From positions 10,717-74,716 of the forward strand of contig CAZWRE010000156.1 of assembly GCA_964636335.1 (NCBI GenBank): a stretch of 64,000 nt of DNA, read 5' to 3'. The position numbers and the translations under genes are program-made. Origin of the DNA: an uncultured Sedimenticola sp. Its GTDB lineage: Bacteria > Pseudomonadota > Gammaproteobacteria > Chromatiales > Chromatiaceae. The notes below the pieces were generated by a model that saw only the letters and a list, made by a program, of their open reading frames with translations, did not search any database and had not been told where the DNA came from. Below are positions 22,661 through 35,425 of this stretch, in pieces; positions within the stretch are counted from its first letter, which is position 1; each line of letters begins with the position of its first letter.

Positions 22661-23728
22661 ATGTTCCAGGACATTCTGACCAAGACCTATTACGGCAATA
22701 CCATCGGCACCTACATGCTGTCCTTCATGCTGATCATCGCCTCGGTGGTTCTGGCAAGGGTGGCATACTGGGCCATCGGGCATGTCATCAAGCGCCTTAC
22801 CCGCCGAACGAAGAACCGGCTGGACGATATTCTGGTGGACATGCTGGAAGAACCGGTGGTGTTCGCCATCGTCATTATCGGTATCTGGTTTTCCCTGAAG
22901 CTGCTGCACACCTCGGAAACCACCCAGACCGTTATTTCCACGGCCTATTACATTCTCATCGTCTTCGATGTGGCCTGGTTCCTCTCCCGGGTGCTGGATG
23001 CCCTGATAAAGCGCTACATCGTGCCCCTGGTGCAGCATACCGAGAGCAAGCTGGATGACCAGTTGTTGCCCATCATCCAGAAGGGGATGAAGATTGCCCT
23101 GTGGGTCATGGCCCTGCTCATTGCCCTGAACAACGCGGGCTACAATGTGGGCGCCGTGCTGGCCAGCCTGGGAATCGGTGGCATTGCCTTCGCCATGGCG
23201 GCCAAGGACACCATTGCCAACCTGTTCGGCAGTTTCACGATTTTCATGGACAAACCCTTTACCGTGGGCGAGCGTGTATTGCTCAACGGTTATGATGGCT
23301 TCGTGCGCGAGATTGGCGTGCGCAGCACACGTCTGGAAACCCTGAACGGGCGCATGGTGACCCTGCCCAACTCCCAGGTGGCCAACGAGTGCATCGAGAA
23401 CATCAGTTCCGAACCCAGCCGCAAGATCACCCTGGACCTGGGGCTGACCTATGACACCAGTCATGAAGACATGCAAAAAGCCATGGAGATTCTGCGGCAG
23501 ATCGTCCAGGAAAACGATCACACGGAGGAAAAGGTGGTTACGGCTTTCACGGCCTTCAACGATTTTGCCCTGAATATCCGTTTGATCTACTACATCAGCA
23601 AGGGTAATAGCGTGTTCGGGGTACAAACGGAGGTCAATCTGGAGATTCTCCGGCGTTTCAATGAAGCGGGACTGGAGTTTGCCTTCCCGACCCAGACCAT
23701 CTATACCATTCCCGCTGCCGGCAGTTGA
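22661..23728 (+). CDS. mscS: small-conductance mechanosensitive channel family protein
   Basis: LASLGIGGIAFAMAAKDTIANLFG, DKPFTVGE, IGVRST, PNS and FAFPT motifs. Confidence 0.92.
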   Translation: MFQDILTKTYYGNTIGTYMLSFMLIIASVVLARVAYWAIGHVIKRLTRRTKNRLDDILVDMLEEPVVFAIVIIGIWFSLKLLHTSETTQTVISTAYYILIVFDVAWFLSRVLDALIKRYIVPLVQHTESKLDDQLLPIIQKGMKIALWVMALLIALNNAGYNVGAVLASLGIGGIAFAMAAKDTIANLFGSFTIFMDKPFTVGERVLLNGYDGFVREIGVRSTRLETLNGRMVTLPNSQVANECIENISSEPSRKITLDLGLTYDTSHEDMQKAMEILRQIVQENDHTEEKVVTAFTAFNDFALNIRLIYYISKGNSVFGVQTEVNLEILRRFNEAGLEFAFPTQTIYTIPAAGS

Positions 23729-23747
23729 ATGCCGGAGTGCACGGGGG

Positions 23748-24164
23748 ATGCTGAAGATATCCAACACGGTCAGTATTCCTGATGACGAAATCCGTGTCAG
23801 CGCCATTCGTGCCCGGGGCGCGGGTGGCCAGAACGTCAACAAGGTTTCCTCGGCCATTCACCTGCGTTTTGATATCCGGGCTTCCTCATTGCCGGATTTC
23901 TACAAGGATCGTCTGCTGAAGCGCTCTGACCGCCGCATCAGCAGTGAAGGTGTTATCATCATCAAGGCGCAGAAGTACCGCACCCGTGAAAAGAATCTCG
24001 CTGATGCCCTGGAAAGGCTGGCAACGCTTGTAAAGAGTGCCGCCGTGGTACAGAAGGCAAGGCGCCCTACCAGGCCGGGCAAGGCCGCGAAACAACGGCG
24101 TGTGGATGCCAAGACCCGCCGGGGAAAAATCAAGGCCCTCAGGCGCAAGGTTTGTCCCGAATAG
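23748..24164 (+). CDS. arfB: alternative ribosome-rescue peptidyl-tRNA hydrolase
   Basis: GAGGQNVNKVSSA (GGQ motif) and basic C-terminal tail RRPTRP...KALRR. Confidence 0.95.
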   Translation: MLKISNTVSIPDDEIRVSAIRARGAGGQNVNKVSSAIHLRFDIRASSLPDFYKDRLLKRSDRRISSEGVIIIKAQKYRTREKNLADALERLATLVKSAAVVQKARRPTRPGKAAKQRRVDAKTRRGKIKALRRKVCPE

Positions 24165-24183
24165 TCACCAGGGAATATACCCC

Positions 24184-25716
24184 ATGAAAAGACTTTCTCT
24201 CGTTCTCACACTGGGCCTCGTGCCTGGACTGACCGCTCTACAGGCCCGGGAGGAAGATGCGCACTTCTGGTACGAACAGGGCCGGCAGTCCGTGAAGACA
24301 GCGGCGGGCATGCGGGCGGATACCCGTCCCGCCCGCAATGTCATCCTGTTCATTGGTGACGGCATGGGCATTTCCACCGTTACCGCGGCCCGCATTCTCG
24401 AAGGCCAGCAGCGTGGCGAGACGGGAGAGGAGAACCTGCTGGCCTTCGAAACCCTGCCATACCTGGCTCTGTCCAAGACCTACAACACGGACACGCAAAC
24501 TCCCGATTCAGCCGGAACCATGTCTGCCATCATCACCGGGGTCAAGACCCGGGCGGGCGTTATTTCCGTTGACCAACGCGTGCATACGGGCAACTGTGCG
24601 TCAGCTAAGGATGCCGCGCTGAAGACTTTCCTGGAAGAAGCCGAGGAAGCGGGGCTTTCCACGGGCGTGATCAGCACGGCGCGCCTGACCCACGCCACGC
24701 CGGCGGCGACCTATGCCCACGTGCCGGACCGCTCCTGGGAGGACGATTCCCGCCTGAGCAGGGAAGCGAAAAGGAACGGTTGCCGCGATATTGCTCGCCA
24801 GCTCATCGAGTTTCCTTTCGGTGATGGCCTGGAGGTGGCCCTGGGTGGCGGCCGGCGGGGATTTCTTCCCAATAGCCTGGATGATCCCGAGGACAAGGGC
24901 AGGAAGGGATCGCGCAAGGATGGGCGGAATCTGACCCGGGAATGGCTGAAGAAATATCCCAATTCCGCTTACGTTTGGAACAAGTCCCGGTTCGATGCCC
25001 TGGACCCCGCCAAGACAGATCACCTGCTGGGCCTGTTCGAGTATTCGCACATGGAATACGAGCACGACCGGCCCATGGATGCCGGTGGCGAGCCTTCCTT
25101 GTCGGAAATGACCGCCAAGGCCATGGATATCCTGTCCCGGAATCCGAAAGGCTATTTTCTCATGGTGGAAGCCGGCCGTATCGACCATGCCCACCATGCC
25201 GGGAATGCCTTCCGTGCGCTGACCGACACCATCGAGCTGTCGAACGCGGTGAAGCTGGCCCGGGAGAAGGCCGGGGATGACACCCTCATCATCGTAACTG
25301 CTGATCACAGCCACGTATTCACCATGGCAGGCTATCCGTCGAGGGGCAATCCCATTCTGGGAAAGGTGGACAAGGGCAACGGCAAGCAGGGATATGAACT
25401 GGCGGCGGACGGCAAGCCCTACACGACCCTTTCATACGCCAATGGCCGGGGCGCGGCCATGCTGAAGAAAGGTGGTGACACGCACTACGGCGTGCCCATT
25501 GCAGTGGGCAGGGACATGGATCTGGCAGATATGGACACAACCGATCAGGGTTTTCACCAGCAGGCCCTGGTGCCCATGGAAGCCGAGACCCATGGCGGGG
25601 AGGATGTGGCTATCTATGCGGGCGGTCCGGGGGCCTGGCTGTTTCACGGGGTCCAGGAACAGAATGTCATCTACCACGTCATGCGTGCTGCAACAGGTCT
25701 GGGCGACAATCGTTGA
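24184..25716 (+). CDS. alkaline phosphatase
   Basis: Signal peptide; ILFIGDGMG, PDSAGT (catalytic Ser), HATPA, EAGRIDHAHH, TADH and ETHGGEDV. Confidence 0.95.
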   Translation: MKRLSLVLTLGLVPGLTALQAREEDAHFWYEQGRQSVKTAAGMRADTRPARNVILFIGDGMGISTVTAARILEGQQRGETGEENLLAFETLPYLALSKTYNTDTQTPDSAGTMSAIITGVKTRAGVISVDQRVHTGNCASAKDAALKTFLEEAEEAGLSTGVISTARLTHATPAATYAHVPDRSWEDDSRLSREAKRNGCRDIARQLIEFPFGDGLEVALGGGRRGFLPNSLDDPEDKGRKGSRKDGRNLTREWLKKYPNSAYVWNKSRFDALDPAKTDHLLGLFEYSHMEYEHDRPMDAGGEPSLSEMTAKAMDILSRNPKGYFLMVEAGRIDHAHHAGNAFRALTDTIELSNAVKLAREKAGDDTLIIVTADHSHVFTMAGYPSRGNPILGKVDKGNGKQGYELAADGKPYTTLSYANGRGAAMLKKGGDTHYGVPIAVGRDMDLADMDTTDQGFHQQALVPMEAETHGGEDVAIYAGGPGAWLFHGVQEQNVIYHVMRAATGLGDNR

Positions 25717-25743
25717 AAGGGAGCTGTTCCTCTCCTTTTGGAG

Positions 25744-26772
25744 CTACTGGCAGGAGCCGTACCCTACCGGATCACCGGTATAGACCGCCTCGAAGTCGCC
25801 CGCAGTGACCTGGCTCAGTTCCGCCAGCATCTCGTCGTCCCAGTTGTCATGATGCTCGCCGCTGATGTACATGTTGCTTCCCGTGTCCGTGAGCACGATG
25901 CCCCATTTCTTCATGGCGCGCAGGATGACCTGCACGGGAGCGCTGAAACCGGAGATATCGAAATCCGCGCGCAGACGGAAACGTTGTCCCATGGCAGGCG
26001 CGCTGGTGCTGCATCCGGCCCGCCCGTCCGAGTGACTGGCCGGGGGAATGTAAGCGGAACGGATGCTGCTCAGGGTGAAGCGTATGGCATGGCGGATCTC
26101 TCCCTCCACCATGACTTCATCATAGCGAATCAGCCCCGGCAGTATGGCCAGCCCGGATGCGTCCGCCGATGTCCAGCCTTGCGGGCGCTGCTGGTTCAGG
26201 CTCAGATCCCAGATGGCACCTGAGCCACCTATCCAGTAACCCGGCGCATTGGTGGTGGCAAAGGTTTCGTAGAGCTTGCAGCTTTCCTGTTCCAGGATCA
26301 GTACATGCCTGTCGCCCTCATCCAGGGGAGCTCCCTCTATGGCGGGGTTGTCCGGAATGGGGTAGCAGCCGGTATCCTGGGCGCCGCCGGTATCGCAGCG
26401 GTCGGCTTCCAGGTCGCTCTCGTCCCACCATTCGAAACGGATGGGCACCCTGGCCTGACCCGAAGGGACGATATTCAGGGGGATGCCTATATCCTGCCCG
26501 GCCCAGCTCGTGCCGAAATCCGGGTGCAGGGATGTGCCGGGGCCAATGTAGGAAATGTAGGTTGAAGAGTCGGGATGCAGGGGGGCTGTATCCACGGGGG
26601 TGTTCCACATGTTGTCTGCGGGCAGGATGGGGCAGCCGCCGATTACCGGAACTGGCGGTGGTGGATCTTCAAAGCCATCCGAGAGAATGACTTCGGCATC
26701 AGCGCGGGGAAGCAGCGCAGCCTGTATGAAGGCGGCGCCAACCAGTGCCCGGAAATGACGAGACAAGGCCAT
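25744..26772 (-). CDS. conserved secreted hypothetical protein with an N-terminal SDGFE motif
   Basis: Signal-peptide-like MALSRHFRALVGAAFIQAALLPRADA, then EVILSDGFE, a Pro linker and a globular domain (GDRHVL, WTSADASGL, IRHAIRFT). Alternative TTG start at 26805. Confidence 0.8.
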   Translation of the reverse strand: MALSRHFRALVGAAFIQAALLPRADAEVILSDGFEDPPPPVPVIGGCPILPADNMWNTPVDTAPLHPDSSTYISYIGPGTSLHPDFGTSWAGQDIGIPLNIVPSGQARVPIRFEWWDESDLEADRCDTGGAQDTGCYPIPDNPAIEGAPLDEGDRHVLILEQESCKLYETFATTNAPGYWIGGSGAIWDLSLNQQRPQGWTSADASGLAILPGLIRYDEVMVEGEIRHAIRFTLSSIRSAYIPPASHSDGRAGCSTSAPAMGQRFRLRADFDISGFSAPVQVILRAMKKWGIVLTDTGSNMYISGEHHDNWDDEMLAELSQVTAGDFEAVYTGDPVGYGSCQ

Positions 26773-26903
26773 GCTGTTGTATGAGCTGTTGAACAGATTC
26801 CTCAAGGGTATCGCCAGTCCTGCAATGGCTGTGTGACCTTCTTGGCAAATTCCTGCGCCCGGCTGTTGAAGATGTTATTTCGCCATGCCGGGCTGGAAAC
26901 GGA

Positions 26904-29511
<2,608 letters not shown>

Positions 29512-29580
29512 CTGTGGTTCTGCGCTCCTTGGTTCTTATAGTTGTTATCATATCCCAACACAGCCGCCACCAGAATCCCC

Positions 29581-31599
29581 ATGAGCAAAGATTTCCGAGA
29601 ATTTCAGCTGGTTTCCCGCTTCGAGCCCGGGGGCGACCAGCCGGAGGCCATCCAGCGCCTGACCGAAGGCATAAGCAACGGCGAGGCGGGCATGACCTTG
29701 CTGGGGGTCACCGGCTCGGGCAAGACCTTTACAATCGCCAACGTCATCCAGCGCCTGCAGCGCCCGGCCATCGTGCTGGCCCCCAACAAGACCCTGGCGG
29801 CCCAGCTCTACGGAGAATTCCGGGAGTTCTTTCCCCACAATGCCGTGGAGTATTTCGTCTCCTATTATGATTACTACCAGCCCGAGGCCTACGTGCCGGC
29901 CTCGGACACCTTCATCGAGAAGGATGCCTCCATCAACGAGCATGTGGAGCAGATGCGTCTGTCCGCCACCAAGGCGGTGCTGGAACGGCGCGATACCATC
30001 ATCGTGGCCACCGTGTCCGCCATCTACGGCCTGGGCGATCCGCGCCAGTACATGTCCATGCTCCTGCACCTGGTGCGTGGCGAGCCCGTGAATCATCGCG
30101 CTATCCTGCGCCGTCTCAGTGATCTGCAGTACACCCGCAACGAGGTGGAGCTTCATCGCGGCACCTACCGGGTGCGTGGCGATGTCATTGATATCCACCC
30201 GGCGGAAACCGAGGATGAGGCGGTGCGTATCGAACTGTTCGATGACGAGATCGAATCCATCGCCCTGTTCGACCCCCTCACCGGGGAAGTGAAACGCCGG
30301 GTGCCACGCTACACCGTCTATCCCAAGACACATTACGTCACTCCCCGGGAGACCATCCTGGACGCGGTGGAACAGATCAAGGCGGAGCTGAAGGAACGCC
30401 TGGACCAACTGCGCGACAACAACAAGCTGCTGGAGGCCCAGCGCCTTGAACAACGCACCCGCTTCGATCTGGAAATGATGCTGGAGCTGGGCTACTGCTC
30501 GGGTATCGAGAACTATTCCCGCTATCTCAGCGGCCGGGCGCCGGGCGAGCCGCCGCCGACCCTGTTCGATTATCTGCCAGCCGATTCCCTGCTGGTGGTG
30601 GACGAGTCCCATGTCACCATCCCGCAATTAGGCGCCATGTACAAGGGGGACCGCTCGCGCAAGGAGACCCTGGTGGAATACGGCTTCCGCCTGCCGTCGG
30701 CCCTGGACAACCGGCCCTTGCGCTTCGATGAGTTCGAGAGCCGCTGCCCCCAGGCCATCTATGTTTCCGCCACGCCCCGGGACTACGAGATCAGCCATTC
30801 CGGTGAAGTGGTGGAACAGGTGGTGCGGCCCACGGGCCTGGTGGATCCGGAAGTGGAAGTGCGCCCGGCCACCACCCAGGTGGATGACCTGCTTTCGGAA
30901 ATCAATTTGCGCGTGGGGCAGGGGGACCGGGTGCTGGTGACCACCCTGACCAAGAAGATGGCCGAGGATCTCACAGACTACCTCATGGAACACGACGTGC
31001 GGGTGCGCTACCTGCATTCGGATATCGACACCGTTGAGCGGGTGGAAATCATCCGTGACCTGCGTCTGGGGGAGTTCGACGTGCTGGTGGGCATCAACCT
31101 CCTGCGCGAGGGCCTGGATATGCCGGAAGTGTCCCTGGTGGCCATCCTGGATGCGGACAAGGAAGGGTTCCTGCGCTCTACGGGTTCCCTTATCCAGACC
31201 ATCGGCCGGGCGGCGCGCAACGCCCGGGGCAAGGCCATACTCTATGCCGACACCATTACCGGCTCCATGAAGCAGGCCATGGACGAGACCGAGCGCCGCC
31301 GTGCCAAGCAGATCGCCTTCAACGAGGCCCATGGCATCACGCCGAAGACGGTGGAGAAGAAGATTGCCGACATCATGGAATCGGCCTATCCGGGGGGACA
31401 GAAATCCGCCCGGGAATACGCCCGGGTGGCGGAAGAGGAGGCCGCCTACGGGCGCCTGTCACCGAAGGAGCTGGGGAAAAAGCTCAAGGCGCTGGAAGAC
31501 GCCATGTACGAGCACGCCCGCAATCTGGAGTTCGAGGAAGCGGCGCGGGTGCGGGATCAGATTCGGCATCTCAAGGAAATGGGCCTGGCTCCGCTGTAG
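29581..31599 (+). CDS. uvrB: excinuclease ABC subunit B
   Basis: [22 protein letters not shown] and [11 protein letters not shown]-terminal [11 protein letters not shown]. Confidence 0.98.
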   Translation: MSKDFREFQLVSRFEPGGDQPEAIQRLTEGISNGEAGMTLLGVTGSGKTFTIANVIQRLQRPAIVLAPNKTLAAQLYGEFREFFPHNAVEYFVSYYDYYQPEAYVPASDTFIEKDASINEHVEQMRLSATKAVLERRDTIIVATVSAIYGLGDPRQYMSMLLHLVRGEPVNHRAILRRLSDLQYTRNEVELHRGTYRVRGDVIDIHPAETEDEAVRIELFDDEIESIALFDPLTGEVKRRVPRYTVYPKTHYVTPRETILDAVEQIKAELKERLDQLRDNNKLLEAQRLEQRTRFDLEMMLELGYCSGIENYSRYLSGRAPGEPPPTLFDYLPADSLLVVDESHVTIPQLGAMYKGDRSRKETLVEYGFRLPSALDNRPLRFDEFESRCPQAIYVSATPRDYEISHSGEVVEQVVRPTGLVDPEVEVRPATTQVDDLLSEINLRVGQGDRVLVTTLTKKMAEDLTDYLMEHDVRVRYLHSDIDTVERVEIIRDLRLGEFDVLVGINLLREGLDMPEVSLVAILDADKEGFLRSTGSLIQTIGRAARNARGKAILYADTITGSMKQAMDETERRRAKQIAFNEAHGITPKTVEKKIADIMESAYPGGQKSAREYARVAEEEAAYGRLSPKELGKKLKALEDAMYEHARNLEFEEAARVRDQIRHLKEMGLAPL

Positions 31600-31606
31600 T
31601 CATGGA

Positions 31607-31785
31607 TCGGCCCGTGGCGGGCCTCCTACAGGGGGCGTAGGAGCGGCGCCCCCGCCGCGACCCCACACAAGGATGTGCGGCGCGAAGCGGAGGCATGGGG
31701 AAACCGCGTTTTTCCCATGCCGATGAGGAAACGGGCAGGGAAAGCCCGTTTCCGATCCAAAGGAGCAGCGGCGCCTCGCCGCGAT
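31607..31785. repeat. REP-like palindrome cluster (BIME-like)
   Basis: Minus-strand GTAGGAGGCCCG-CCA-CGGGCCGA (31607-31629); plus-strand GTAGGAGCGGCG-CCCC-CGCCGCGA (31637-31660); a degenerate copy at 31762-31785; two further hairpins between them. Confidence 0.7.
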
Positions 31786-31796
31786 TTGATGGAGGG

Positions 31797-32195
31797 TTAT
31801 TCTTTTGCCAGGGAATAGACGGCCAGCAGGGTCTTCTTCAGCCCAGGTATGTCTTCAAGATTGTCGATGTCCATGTTTTCCCTGGCGATCCGGCCGATTT
31901 TTTCCAGCAGGCGGTTTTCCTTCCAGGCGTTTTCCAGCCCCTTCCAGTCCAGCCGACCGTTTTCCGTGAAGCGTTCCGCCAAACCTTCCGGCTCATCGAA
32001 TACCAGGGGCTCGGCTTCCAGCATCTCGTATTCATAGGAATAGGGGTCGATGCTGTTTTTCGCGGCAAGTAGGGCGTAGATACTCTCGGGTGTCATGCCC
32101 TGTTCCAGGGCTTCGTCCAGATCCAGGCGCATTTCCGGCCGTAACAGCTCGCCGCGAAAGGAGAAGGTGGCGCTGACCCGCACGCTGTTGCTCAT
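31797..32195 (-). CDS. hypothetical protein coupled to argH
   Basis: ATGA overlap with the argH stop; 132 aa; [13 protein letters not shown] segment. Confidence 0.75.
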   Translation of the reverse strand: MSNSVRVSATFSFRGELLRPEMRLDLDEALEQGMTPESIYALLAAKNSIDPYSYEYEMLEAEPLVFDEPEGLAERFTENGRLDWKGLENAWKENRLLEKIGRIARENMDIDNLEDIPGLKKTLLAVYSLAKE

Positions 32196-33571
32196 GCCAG
32201 GGCGCCCCTTGCTTGGGCAATGGCCTTGCGCACTTGTTCGGGAGCGGTGCCGCCCGTGTGGTTCCGGGCGGCCACGGAACCTTCCAGGGTCAGGCAGTCG
32301 AATACGTCGGCGCCGATGGCGGGGCTGAAGGCTTGCAGTTCCTCGATAGTCAGATCCGCCAGGTCGCAGCCGCGTTCCACGCACAGGGCCACGGCCTTGC
32401 CCACGACTTCATGGGCGTCACGAAAAGGAATGCCCTTGCGTACCAGATAGTCCGCCAGATCAGTGGCGGTGGCAAAACCCTTGAGGGCGGCCTGGCGCAT
32501 GGCGTCGGCATTGCAGCGGATTTCCGGCACCATGTCGGCGAACACCTTGAGACAGCCCTTGAGGTTGTCCACGGTGTCGAACAGCGGTTCCTTGTCTTCC
32601 TGATTGTCCTTGTTGTAGGCGAGAGGCTGGGATTTCATCAGGGTGAGCAGCCCCATGAGGTGACCGAATACCCGCCCGCTTTTGCCTCGCACCAGCTCCG
32701 GTACGTCCGGGTTCTTCTTCTGCGGCATGATGGATGAGCCGGTGCAGAAGCTGTCGGACAGGGTGATGAAGCCGAACTGCGCCGAGGACCAGATAACCAG
32801 TTCCTCGGACATGCGCGACAGGTGCATCATCAGGATGCTGGCGGCGGCGCTGAACTCGATGGCGAAGTCCCGGTCACTGACCGCGTCCAGGGAATTGGCG
32901 CAGGGCCTGTCGAAGCCCAGCAGTTCGGCGCTGTACTCCCGGTCGATGGGGTAGGTGGTGCCGGCCAGGGCGGCAGCGCCCAGGGGGCATTCGTTCATGC
33001 GCCGGGCGCAGTCGGTGAAGCGGCCATGGTCACGCTGCAGCATCTCGAACCAGGCCAGCATGTGGTGACCGAAGGTAACGGGCTGGGCGGTCTGCAGGTG
33101 GGTGAAGCCGGGCAGTATGGTATCGGCCTCGCGTTCGGCCAGTTCCAGCAGGGCCAGCTGGAAGCGACGGATCTCGTTCTGGATGGTGGCGATCTCGTCA
33201 CGCAGCCACAGGCGCACGTCCGTGGCTACCTGGTCGTTGCGTGAGCGGCCGGTATGCAGCTTCTTGCCCGCGTCGCCGATATCTTCCGTGAGGGCGGCCT
33301 CGATGTTCATGTGTACGTCTTCCAGGGCCACGGACCAGGGGAAGTCGCCCTGGGCAATCCGCTCGCGGATGCGCTCCAGGCCGGCGATGATGCTGTCCTT
33401 TTCCTCTTCGTTCAATATGCCCTGTTTGGCCAGCATGGCGGCGTGGGCCATGGAGCCCTGGATATCGTAGTCGGCGAGGCGCTGGTCGAATTCCACGGAG
33501 GCGGTGAAGGCCTCCACGAAGGCGTCCGTGGGCTGATTGAAGCGTCCGGCCCAGAGTTTCTTGTCTGTCAT
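32192..33571 (-). CDS. argH: argininosuccinate lyase
   Basis: [22 protein letters not shown] and [13 protein letters not shown]; true start at ATG 33571 (the ORF track over-extends it). Confidence 0.98.
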   Translation of the reverse strand: MTDKKLWAGRFNQPTDAFVEAFTASVEFDQRLADYDIQGSMAHAAMLAKQGILNEEEKDSIIAGLERIRERIAQGDFPWSVALEDVHMNIEAALTEDIGDAGKKLHTGRSRNDQVATDVRLWLRDEIATIQNEIRRFQLALLELAEREADTILPGFTHLQTAQPVTFGHHMLAWFEMLQRDHGRFTDCARRMNECPLGAAALAGTTYPIDREYSAELLGFDRPCANSLDAVSDRDFAIEFSAAASILMMHLSRMSEELVIWSSAQFGFITLSDSFCTGSSIMPQKKNPDVPELVRGKSGRVFGHLMGLLTLMKSQPLAYNKDNQEDKEPLFDTVDNLKGCLKVFADMVPEIRCNADAMRQAALKGFATATDLADYLVRKGIPFRDAHEVVGKAVALCVERGCDLADLTIEELQAFSPAIGADVFDCLTLEGSVAARNHTGGTAPEQVRKAIAQARGALA

Positions 33572-33625
33572 TGTGCGGATGAGTGCATACCGTTGTGGAT
33601 GGGCAACCATTATACTGTACTGGTC

Positions 33626-34675
33626 ATGGCACAGGGTGAATACAGGGGGGGGCAGAGCTTTCTGCCGGATTTCTGCGGGGTGCGCACCATCTTTACGGTG
33701 GTGGTGAGCGCCACGGTGCTGGCCATGGTGCTGGCCCTTGCCGCTACCGATCGCCTCCACGCCTTCTGGGAAGATTTCAGCATTGGCGCCCTCTATGTGC
33801 AGTGGATAGGCCTGATGGCTGCTGCCTTCATCTGCCTGCTGCGGCGCTGGCTGGGACGACTGGATCACGGAAAGGCGGGCCTCGCGGCCTGGCTGCTGAT
33901 CATGCTGGCGGCTCTGCTGGTCGGCCTCATGACAGGGCACCTGGTTCCGGTGGAATATCTCGCCGGTGTCTCCCGTGAGGATCTGCTGATCCGCACCCTG
34001 GGCATCAGCGGCATCCTGGGGGCATTGATCTTGCGCTACCTGTACGAGAACCATCAGCAGAAGCAGAAGGAACTGGCCGAGAGCCGGGCTCGTTTCCAGG
34101 CTCTGCAGGCGCGCATCCGGCCGCATTTCCTGTTCAACAGCCTGAATACGGTGATCAGCCTGATCCCGGAGGATCCCCGTCGGGCGGAAGAGGTGCTGCA
34201 GGATCTGGCGGATTTGTTCCGCGCCAGTCTCGGGGATGAAAGCCGCATGTCCAGCGTCGGGCGGGAGCTGGAGCTGACCCGCCAGTACCTGGAGGTGGAA
34301 AAGCAGCGTCTGGGGCCGCGCCTGCGGGTGAGCTGGAGCCTGGAAGCATTGCCGGAGGATGCCCCCATGCCCGCCCTGCTGCTGCAACCCCTGGTGGAGA
34401 ACGCCGTCTATCATGGCATCGAGCCGGCGGTGGAAGGTGGGGAAATCTGCATCTTCGGTCGTTTCCGCAACGGTATCGTGGCCCTGACAGTGAGCAATAC
34501 CCTGGCGGATGAAAAAGGTGAATCACATCGTCAGGGTAATCACATGGCCCTGGAGAACATCCGCCAGCGCCTGGCCATGCGTTTCGGTGAACAGGCGGGC
34601 ATGCACACCGGCATGGTGGAGGATCGTTACCAGGTACGCATCTGGTTTCCCATGGCTGGAGAAAGGAAAACATGA
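33626..34675 (+). CDS. fimS: LytS-type sensor histidine kinase FimS/AlgZ
   Basis: [15 protein letters not shown] and [12 protein letters not shown]; argH-fimS-algR synteny. Confidence 0.88.
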   Translation: MAQGEYRGGQSFLPDFCGVRTIFTVVVSATVLAMVLALAATDRLHAFWEDFSIGALYVQWIGLMAAAFICLLRRWLGRLDHGKAGLAAWLLIMLAALLVGLMTGHLVPVEYLAGVSREDLLIRTLGISGILGALILRYLYENHQQKQKELAESRARFQALQARIRPHFLFNSLNTVISLIPEDPRRAEEVLQDLADLFRASLGDESRMSSVGRELELTRQYLEVEKQRLGPRLRVSWSLEALPEDAPMPALLLQPLVENAVYHGIEPAVEGGEICIFGRFRNGIVALTVSNTLADEKGESHRQGNHMALENIRQRLAMRFGEQAGMHTGMVEDRYQVRIWFPMAGERKT

Positions 34676-35409
34676 AGATTCTCTTGGTGGACGATGAACG
34701 CCTGGCCCGCCAACGCCTGCGCAGCCTTCTCGCGGAACTGCGGGAGGACAACGATGTTGTGGCCGAGGCCGAGAACGGGGAGCAGGCCGTGCGCCTGTGT
34801 GAAGAACAGAATATCGACCTGGTGTTCATGGATATTCACATGCCGGGCATGGACGGGCTGGAGGCCGCGGCGCGGATTTCCCGCCAGGAACTGCCGCCGG
34901 CCATTGTTTTCACCACGGCTTACAGCGAACATGCCCTGGATGCCTTCGGGGTGCATGCGGTGGATTACCTGCTCAAGCCCATACGGAGGGAAAAGCTGGC
35001 GGCGGCCCTGGAAAAGGCCACCCGCCTCACCCGTCCTCTTGCACAGCGGGAAGAAGTGGAGGAACACTGGATCACCAGCCGGTACCGCGGTGGCGTGCAG
35101 CGCATCCCTCTTTCCGATGTGTATTATTTTCGTGCCGACAGCAAGTACGTGGTGGCCAGGCACCGCAATGGCGAGGTGCTGCTGGAGGATTCCCTGGTCT
35201 CCCTGGAAAAGCGTTTTCCGGAAGAGTTGCTACGCATCCATCGCAGCACCCTGGTGCGCCCCGGAATGATATCCGCCCTGCACAAGCGCCCGGCCGGTGG
35301 CGTGGAGGTGGAGTTCGCGGATATTGAGGATCGGCTGGAAGTCAGCCGCAGGCATGTGCCCCAGGTGCGGCGCCTGCTGGCCCGGTCTGCTACCGATCCT
35401 TCGAACTGA
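34672..35409 (+). CDS. algR: LytTR-family response regulator AlgR
   Basis: VDDERLARQRL, DIHMPGMDG, DYLLKP, RIHRS and LEVSRRH. Confidence 0.88.
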   Translation: MKILLVDDERLARQRLRSLLAELREDNDVVAEAENGEQAVRLCEEQNIDLVFMDIHMPGMDGLEAAARISRQELPPAIVFTTAYSEHALDAFGVHAVDYLLKPIRREKLAAALEKATRLTRPLAQREEVEEHWITSRYRGGVQRIPLSDVYYFRADSKYVVARHRNGEVLLEDSLVSLEKRFPEELLRIHRSTLVRPGMISALHKRPAGGVEVEFADIEDRLEVSRRHVPQVRRLLARSATDPSN

Positions 35410-35425
35410 GGATGCTGGACAGGCC

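Noticed and set aside
31600..31796. Possible CRISPR array or tRNA after uvrB
   Set aside because: Repeats are non-identical and inverted with no regular spacers, no cas genes, and no cloverleaf/T-loop pattern; better explained as REPs
33572..34414. 280-aa N-terminal extension of argH in the ORF track
   Set aside because: Overlaps the divergent fimS gene; ArgH homology begins at [11 protein letters not shown] (33571)
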